NCBI GenBank assembly: GCA_046536775.1
Contig: JAWDMD010000001.1
Location: 60,001 to 92,000 of the forward strand
Origin: Candidatus Nanopusillus sp.
GTDB taxonomy: Archaea > Nanobdellota > Nanobdellia > Nanobdellales > Nanobdellaceae
DNA: 32,000 nucleotides
Reading direction: 5' to 3'
The translations under genes and the position numbers were made by a program. How positions within the stretch are numbered: position 1 is the first letter of the stretch; each line of letters begins with the position of its first letter. Below are positions 26,446-32,000 of the stretch, piece after piece. The notes under the pieces are model-generated. The model had not been told where the DNA came from. It ran no database searches and saw only the letters and a program-made list of their open reading frames with translations.

Positions 26446-27423
26446 ATGCCACAGCATGGTAGACATCAGCCTAAAGCAGTATCTATGCAATTTTGGCCAA
26501 GAGTAAGAGCTAAAAGAGTCTATCCAATAATCGAGAGTTGGCCCTCTATTAATAATACTCAACCAGTTGCATTTGCAGGATATAAGGTTGGTATGACGCA
26601 TATTTTAACAAAGGAAGGAAAATATGTATCTGTATCAATTATAGAAACACCTCCGTTAAAGGTTCTTGGAATTAGATTATATAAAAAAGATACAAACAAA
26701 GGATTTTTATCTTTAAAGGATATTATTTCGAATAATTTTGATGAACATGTTAAAAGAAAAATAAAAACATTAGAACCAAATGAAGATTTAGAGAAAGATA
26801 TTCAAGATGCAGAACAAATATTAAATAAGATTTCATTAATAAAATTAATTGTATATACACAACCATGGTTAACAACAATTAAAAAGAAGAAACCAGAAAT
26901 ATTTGAAATTCCAATCGGAGGAAATAATGTTAAAGAAATATTTGATTATGCAAAAAATTTGCTGGGAAATCAAATAAAAATAAACGATGTATTTAATGAG
27001 GGAGAATATATAGATATAATTGGAGTAACAAAGGGAAAAGGATTCCAGGGGGAAGTAAAAAGATATAGAATAACAGTTCAATATAGGGAAGTAAAAAGAA
27101 GTAAATCTGTAAGACATGCAGGTGCTAGAGGGGCAAGAGGAATGAGAAGAGTATTCCCAACAACACCAATGCCAGGTCAATATGGATTCTTTAGAAGAAC
27201 AGAATATAATAAATTAATAATAAAGATTTCTGATAATTATAATGAAATAAACCCAAGTTCTGGCTGGCCACATTATGGAATTGTAAAGAATACATATGTA
27301 ATGCTAAAAGGTTCGGTAATAGGATCAAAGAAAAGATTGTTAGTATTGAGAAAAGCAATAAGACCACCAAGGAATCCTGAAAAAATAGGCATAGAATATA
27401 TATCTTCATTACCAAAGAACTAA
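26446..27423 (+). CDS. rpl3: 50S ribosomal protein uL3
   Basis: FWPRVRAKRV...FAGYKVGMTHI...GVTKGKGFQGEVKRY...MPGQYGFFRRTEYNK matches the archaeal uL3 pattern. Confidence 0.93.
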   Translation: MPQHGRHQPKAVSMQFWPRVRAKRVYPIIESWPSINNTQPVAFAGYKVGMTHILTKEGKYVSVSIIETPPLKVLGIRLYKKDTNKGFLSLKDIISNNFDEHVKRKIKTLEPNEDLEKDIQDAEQILNKISLIKLIVYTQPWLTTIKKKKPEIFEIPIGGNNVKEIFDYAKNLLGNQIKINDVFNEGEYIDIIGVTKGKGFQGEVKRYRITVQYREVKRSKSVRHAGARGARGMRRVFPTTPMPGQYGFFRRTEYNKLIIKISDNYNEINPSSGWPHYGIVKNTYVMLKGSVIGSKKRLLVLRKAIRPPRNPEKIGIEYISSLPKN

Positions 27424-27424
27424 G

Positions 27425-27721
27425 ATGGAGGTAAAAATATATAGAGTTGAAGGATTAATATTTAAAACCAAAATTTTAAGAAATTTGAAGAAAAAGGAAG
27501 GAGTTTTAACAAAAAGGAAGGTTATTTATAAATTTACAAAAGAATTATTGGGAATAAATGAAAATGATGTTTTAGAAAGGATATATTCATTATTTGGAAG
27601 TACATACAAAGTAAAAAGAAATAAAATAAAAATATTAAAAATCGAAGAAATTAGTGAAAATGATGTAAAAGATAAGAATTTAAAGAAATTTATAGAATAT
27701 ATTAAAAATGGAAAATTCTGA
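27425..27721 (+). CDS. rplX: 50S ribosomal protein LX (eL20/L18Ae family)
   Basis: MEVKIYRVEG...ERIYSLFGSTYKVKRNKIKILKIEEI resembles archaeal LX. The conserved LX-prefoldin alpha neighbourhood supports the call. Confidence 0.78.
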   Translation: MEVKIYRVEGLIFKTKILRNLKKKEGVLTKRKVIYKFTKELLGINENDVLERIYSLFGSTYKVKRNKIKILKIEEISENDVKDKNLKKFIEYIKNGKF

Positions 27722-28043
27722 TGAACTATTAGAATTTTTATATAATCAATTGGAAGATATACAAAATAAAATATTGGAATATGAATTGATAAAGAGTTTT
27801 ATTAATGAACTGAAAAAACAAGAGGATACATATATAAATTTGGGGGGATTGATATTTGTTAGAGGATCGATAAAAGATGATCAAAATCTATTAATAAATA
27901 TTGGAAGAAATATATTTACTGAAAAAAGTAAGGACGAAGTTTTAAAATTGATAGATGATATAATAAATAAATTAAATCAAGATTTAAATGAAATAAAAAC
28001 AAAAATAGATGAGATATCTATGAAAAAAACTCCTCAACCCTAA
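27708..28043 (+). CDS. pfdA: Prefoldin alpha subunit (short)
   Basis: Coiled-coil arms flank the hairpin region INLGGLIFVRGSIKDDQNLLINIGRNIFTEKSKDEVL. The position after rplX fits. Confidence 0.72.
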   Translation: MENSDELLEFLYNQLEDIQNKILEYELIKSFINELKKQEDTYINLGGLIFVRGSIKDDQNLLINIGRNIFTEKSKDEVLKLIDDIINKLNQDLNEIKTKIDEISMKKTPQP

Positions 28044-28647
28044 CAATTTCATGACCAGTAGAATATTTTCCAATTATTAAATATTCTTTATTAATTTCTA
28101 TCCCATATCTTAAATATGGAATTCCAAAATTAATTGATCCTGTATCTAAAGTATAACCCGTAATTTCTTTTACTTTTTCTATTATTTTATCATTTAATTC
28201 CTGACTTATTAATAATTTATTATTATATACTTTTGATATACTTCCAAAAAGATATTTTGTTTTTATCTTATATGCTGGTAAAGATAATTTTTCGGATATC
28301 TTCCTTGCATCTTCTTCCTTTCCATAAGAATAAACTATCCCATTTTTTCCAATTAAAAATATATTTCCCACTGTATTTTCTATAAAATCTATTTCAATTA
28401 TATCAAAATAATTCTTTAATATTTCTCTTAATTCTTTGGGAGCATTAGAACTTATAATTATTCCATTATTATATTCTATAAAATATGGAGAAACAATTGG
28501 AGATTCTATATAATATTTTTTCATATCAATATTCATTCTTTCAACATTATTTTTTTCGCTTTTACTTGCTATAAGAAAATCTTCAAACATATGCATTACA
28601 ATACCTATAGATGGTATACTAATGTAATCTGCTTTTTTGACGATCAT
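28018..28647 (-). CDS. eif6: Translation initiation factor 6 (aIF6), divergent
   Basis: ISIPSIGIV..., NTVGNIFLIGKNGIVYS and ...GKYSTGHEIVRVEEFF align by eye with aIF6 pentein repeats. The ORF-track start at 28653 is TTG, so ATG at 28647 is preferred. The 3' end overlaps pfdA by 26 nt. Confidence 0.7.
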   Translation of the reverse strand: MIVKKADYISIPSIGIVMHMFEDFLIASKSEKNNVERMNIDMKKYYIESPIVSPYFIEYNNGIIISSNAPKELREILKNYFDIIEIDFIENTVGNIFLIGKNGIVYSYGKEEDARKISEKLSLPAYKIKTKYLFGSISKVYNNKLLISQELNDKIIEKVKEITGYTLDTGSINFGIPYLRYGIEINKEYLIIGKYSTGHEIVRVEEFFS

Positions 28648-28710
28648 TATCAATAATGATTATCAAGAATAGTTATAAAACTTATATATTTCAGGATATT
28701 TAGAATTTGT

Positions 28711-29445
28711 ATGAATATATTTTCGGACATATTTAGAAAAAAGAATAATGATAAAAATGTCCAAAATACTAATGTTATACCACAACAAAATACTATAAAT
28801 CAAAATTATACATCAGAAATAAAGAATGTTGTTAGCTCTATCGAAGGTTTAGCTAAAAGTGTAAGAGAATTAGAAAATAAAGTATCTGAGATTTCAAGTA
28901 GTACTTCAAATATTAGTTCTACAATAGAAAGTCATCAAAATGAGATAAATAGTATTAAAAATAACTTAGAAAAAGTTTTTTCCATATATGAAATGTTAAT
29001 AAAAAATTATAATCCCTTTGTAGAAGAAGAAAAAAAGGAAGAACCAACTGTTCAGGTTATAAATGAAAATACAGTAGAAAATCCAGAAAATAATATATTA
29101 CCATTAAGTAAACTTGATGATAATCCAACCATTTCCTCAATTATAATTGGTTGGTTAGCATATTTGGTTAAAAAATCAAATATAGAGGAAGTAGATGATG
29201 CATTAGATTATTATGAATCAATTAATTGGATAACTGAAAAAGTAAAAATAAAATTAAAGGAATATTTAAATGGATTGAAGAGTGTTGAAGGAGAGAACAA
29301 AAGATTATTACCAATGGATCATATATTAAGTTTATATATAATATCAAAATTGGCACAAATAAGTAGTTCAAATAATATAGAAAGGTTAAAAGATTTATAT
29401 GATGAGCTAATTCAAAAAGGATATATATCGCCAATAAAAAGATGA
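28711..29445 (+). CDS. flaD: Archaellum accessory protein of the FlaC/D/E (ArlC/D/E) family
   Basis: The N-terminal coiled coil ends in IYEMLIKNYNPF (FlaC-like). The C-terminal LPLSKLDDNPTISSIIIGWLAYLVKKSNIEEVDDALDYYESINWITEKVKIKLKEYLNG matches the FlaD/E domain pattern (W..L....L.YY...WI...V). Confidence 0.8.
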   Translation: MNIFSDIFRKKNNDKNVQNTNVIPQQNTINQNYTSEIKNVVSSIEGLAKSVRELENKVSEISSSTSNISSTIESHQNEINSIKNNLEKVFSIYEMLIKNYNPFVEEEKKEEPTVQVINENTVENPENNILPLSKLDDNPTISSIIIGWLAYLVKKSNIEEVDDALDYYESINWITEKVKIKLKEYLNGLKSVEGENKRLLPMDHILSLYIISKLAQISSSNNIERLKDLYDELIQKGYISPIKR

Positions 29446-29828
29446 TAAAGGAATTATTATATTTATTTATTCTATTTATAGCCGGATATCTGGTATTAAG
29501 TACATTTTTCAACTTTTACTCTTCAGCAGGAAAAATAATTGCAAATGATGTATCAAATATAACAACTCCAACATATGAAAGTCAGGTAAATTATATAATA
29601 AATCATTATAATTCTGGTAATTATTCAATACTATATTTGGTACAAAATATAAATCCATCAAATTGCATAAATAGTATAGATATTGGAAATACAGTGGTTA
29701 ACTTTACATATAAAGTACTAAATCAATATACAGTAGAATTAAATATAAGTTATCCAGTAAATGCTGGTGATAATTTAACATTAACATTCTGTAATGGCCA
29801 ATCTTCTTTATATTATATCGGTCAATAA
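29442..29828 (+). CDS. FlaF/FlaG (ArlF/ArlG) family archaellum stator-like protein
   Basis: An N-terminal TM helix is followed by a small beta-rich domain. The gene sits between flaD/E-like and flaH, with an ATGA overlap upstream and a TAATG overlap downstream. Confidence 0.55.
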   Translation: MIKELLYLFILFIAGYLVLSTFFNFYSSAGKIIANDVSNITTPTYESQVNYIINHYNSGNYSILYLVQNINPSNCINSIDIGNTVVNFTYKVLNQYTVELNISYPVNAGDNLTLTFCNGQSSLYYIGQ

Positions 29829-30532
29829 TGGTAGAATATATTAATATTTATCTGGATAGGGATGAATTTTCAAATAGGATCGGAGGAGGAATTCCAAAAG
29901 GTAGCATATTTATAATTGAAGGAGAAAATGGAACTGGAAAGAGTATAGTATGTCAAAGAATACTACATGGAGCCTTATCAAATAATCATACTGCAACATA
30001 TATTTCTACAGAATTATCTGTTGTAGATTTTATTAAGCAAATGGAATCTTTGGGTTATGATATAAAAGATTATTTACTAAATCAAAAATTATTATTTATA
30101 CCAACATTGAATTTATTTAATAGAATAAAGGAAAAAGAGAATTTAATATTTGAGTTAACAAAGGAAAGATCTAGAAAACTATTAGAAAATGATTTAATAA
30201 TATTGGATTCTTTATCATATCCATTAATAAATGGATTAGACAAAATGGATTCAATAAGATTAATTCAATTTTTAAGTAAAATAAAGAACTTGGACAAAAC
30301 AATTATTTTAACATATAATCCTTCAGAGATAAATAGATTTTTTGTAAAAAATATAAGGAGAATTGCAGATATATACTTTAATTTAAGATTTTCTTCTATT
30401 GGAGAATCCTCATTATTAAAAATAATAGAAGTAAAAAGATTTAGATATCCAATGGGAATATATAATACATTAATACCATTCAGGGTAGAGCCAAATATAG
30501 GGCTAATAATCGAAATATCTTCATATGTATAA
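29828..30532 (+). CDS. flaH: Archaellum protein FlaH (ArlH), RecA/KaiC-like ATP-binding protein
   Basis: GGGIPKGSIFIIEGENGTGKSIVCQRIL (Walker A) and ATYISTELSVVDFIKQMESLGYDI are typical of FlaH. Confidence 0.88.
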   Translation: MVEYINIYLDRDEFSNRIGGGIPKGSIFIIEGENGTGKSIVCQRILHGALSNNHTATYISTELSVVDFIKQMESLGYDIKDYLLNQKLLFIPTLNLFNRIKEKENLIFELTKERSRKLLENDLIILDSLSYPLINGLDKMDSIRLIQFLSKIKNLDKTIILTYNPSEINRFFVKNIRRIADIYFNLRFSSIGESSLLKIIEVKRFRYPMGIYNTLIPFRVEPNIGLIIEISSYV

Positions 30533-32000
30533 TGCCTGAGCAGATACAAGAAACAAAACAGGAATATGTAATAAAAAAAGAAAATACAAAAGTAATAACT
30601 AATGATATAACTACATCATTTGATGAAGCATTAAATAAATATGAGCATCTTAGAAATTATGTTAATGAAATATCATTAAAAATTGGACCTCCTGAATGGA
30701 TGACGTCCTTAGATTTTTCTCTAAAATCTAGAACTGAATTTAATATTTTATATCCTGTTGGGGATCCAATATTTGTTCATATATATAAATTACCCTCTGG
30801 AGAAGCATTATATAATGTAATAGAACCAGAATTAAATGATAACGAAAAGAAAAAATTAGATCAAATACAAACAAAAATTGTTAAATATGCAATAGAAGAT
30901 ATTAACTTTAATAATGCCGAAGAAGTAAGAAGATATATAGTTGATCTATTTAATAAAGTTATTGATTTTCAGAGAAGAAAACTATTTTCTGATAAGGTAT
31001 ATATAAAAAATCAAGAAGAATATGATAAATTATTATATTTCTTAATTAGAGAAAGATTTGGTTATGGATTTTTAGAACCATTTTTAAGAGATCCATATTT
31101 AGAAGATATCCATATATTGGGCCTAGGTCCAATATATACTGTACATAAAATATTTGGGATGCTTAAAACAAATAGAGAATTTAAAAATGAGGAAGATTTA
31201 AATAAATATATAATTAAATATTCACAAATAGTTGATAGACCAGCATCAGAAACAAGACCATTAATCGATGCAATATTACCAGATGGATCAAGAGTTAGTT
31301 TTGTATATGGTAAAGATATATCTTTACATGGATCTTCATTTACAATAAGAAAATTCTCTGCAAAACCATTAAGTGTAACTCAATTAATTTCATTTGGTAC
31401 GATTTCTCCAGAAGAGGCTGCTTATTTATGGTTAGCAATTGAAAATGGAATGAACATAGTAATATCTGGAGAAACTGCATCAGGAAAAACTACATTATTA
31501 AACGCATTGGCTACGTTTATTAAACCTGATGCAAAGGTTTATTCTGTAGAAGATACACCTGAATTAAATATACCACATAACATATGGCAAAGATTGATTA
31601 CAAGAGAAGTTGGAAAATCTGCAGATGTATCTATGTATGATCTATTAAAAGCCGCATTAAGATCTAGACCAAATTATATATTGATAGGTGAGATAAGAGG
31701 TAAAGAAGGATATGTAGCATTCCAGGCGATGCAGACAGGTCATCCAGTTATGACAACAGTCCACTCAGGTAATATAACTTCGTTAATCGAAAGATTAACT
31801 GGAGAACCAATAAATATTCCAATTACATTCATAGATAACTTAAATATCGCTGTATTTACAACATCTGTATCAATAAAAGGAAAATATGAGAGAAGAATAA
31901 CAAATATATATGAAATAGAAAAGTATATTGCAGAATTAAAGAAAGTGGCTGTTAGGGATGTATTTACATGGAATTCTGTACAGGATAAACATATGTTTGT
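30532..32000 (+). CDS. flaI: Archaellum assembly/motor ATPase FlaI (ArlI), 3'-truncated by the window end
   Basis: My own translation from ATG 30532 is open to the window end and is not in the ORF track. It contains GYGFLEPFLRDPYLEDI, Walker A GETASGKTT, Walker B-like NYILIGEIRG and the His box MTTVHS. A TAATG overlap joins it to flaH. Confidence 0.92.
   Translation, partial: MPEQIQETKQEYVIKKENTKVITNDITTSFDEALNKYEHLRNYVNEISLKIGPPEWMTSLDFSLKSRTEFNILYPVGDPIFVHIYKLPSGEALYNVIEPELNDNEKKKLDQIQTKIVKYAIEDINFNNAEEVRRYIVDLFNKVIDFQRRKLFSDKVYIKNQEEYDKLLYFLIRERFGYGFLEPFLRDPYLEDIHILGLGPIYTVHKIFGMLKTNREFKNEEDLNKYIIKYSQIVDRPASETRPLIDAILPDGSRVSFVYGKDISLHGSSFTIRKFSAKPLSVTQLISFGTISPEEAAYLWLAIENGMNIVISGETASGKTTLLNALATFIKPDAKVYSVEDTPELNIPHNIWQRLITREVGKSADVSMYDLLKAALRSRPNYILIGEIRGKEGYVAFQAMQTGHPVMTTVHSGNITSLIERLTGEPINIPITFIDNLNIAVFTTSVSIKGKYERRITNIYEIEKYIAELKKVAVRDVFTWNSVQDKHMF

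Noticed and set aside
6893-30549. Many other short antisense ORFs appear in the track (6893-7093, 8756-8941, 9760-10038, 10234-10518, 12440-12703, 14772-14978, 18431-18616, 18984-19280, 19205-19399, 22410-22871, 22727-22948, 25549-25785, 26869-27180, 27191-27415, 29222-29512, 30265-30549).
   Set aside because: Each is fully or mostly embedded opposite, or out of frame with, a gene carrying recognisable conserved motifs. The translations are low-complexity and no family is recognisable.

Overview
This is a very AT-rich window (about a quarter G+C by eye, not computed) with very dense archaeal coding. Adjacent genes often overlap by ATGA or TAATG, and convergent genes abut or overlap. By motif reading, most ORFs are core archaeal informational genes. 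These are CDC48, the uS9-uL13-eL18 block, dCTP deaminase, AspRS, MetRS, eL31, Trm1, Trm5, a TrmJ-like SPOUT methylase, Hef helicase-nuclease followed by a DHH/DHHA1 phosphoesterase, an AEP primase, ThyA, uL3-LX-prefoldin alpha, and aIF6. The rest are membrane or surface genes: a protein with CWB2-like repeats and many N-glycosylation sequons, a processive-type GT2 glycosyltransferase, a rhomboid protease, and a partial archaellum operon (FlaC/D/E-like, FlaF/G-like, FlaH, FlaI running off the window). Two tRNA genes, Arg-UCU and Pro-UGG, lie on the minus strand, and I hand-found a candidate C/D box sRNA between them. The composition, scattered ribosomal protein genes, extreme compaction and GC-rich tRNAs suggest a reduced, probably thermophilic, DPANN/Nanoarchaeota-like archaeon; this is inference only. 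The most interesting signals fall into four groups.

- **RNA-gene promoters:** three consecutive RNA genes each carry a TTTTAA(A)T box at a fixed distance that implies leaderless, RNase P-independent tRNA transcripts. One of these boxes is a single palindromic TATA element shared by divergent tRNA-Pro and rpl3.
- **Unusual enzymes:** a compact single-chain primase with only one cysteine, a three-part ThyA, and translationally coupled Hef and DHH nuclease genes.
- **Intragenic repeat:** a 73-nt perfect repeat inside cdc48.
- **Unexplained spacer:** a 515-bp non-coding stretch with a promoter-like box in front of a 16-codon purine-rich ORF.

No CRISPR array, rRNA gene, transposase or integrase was seen. 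All protein calls rest on motif recognition by eye; no search was run.
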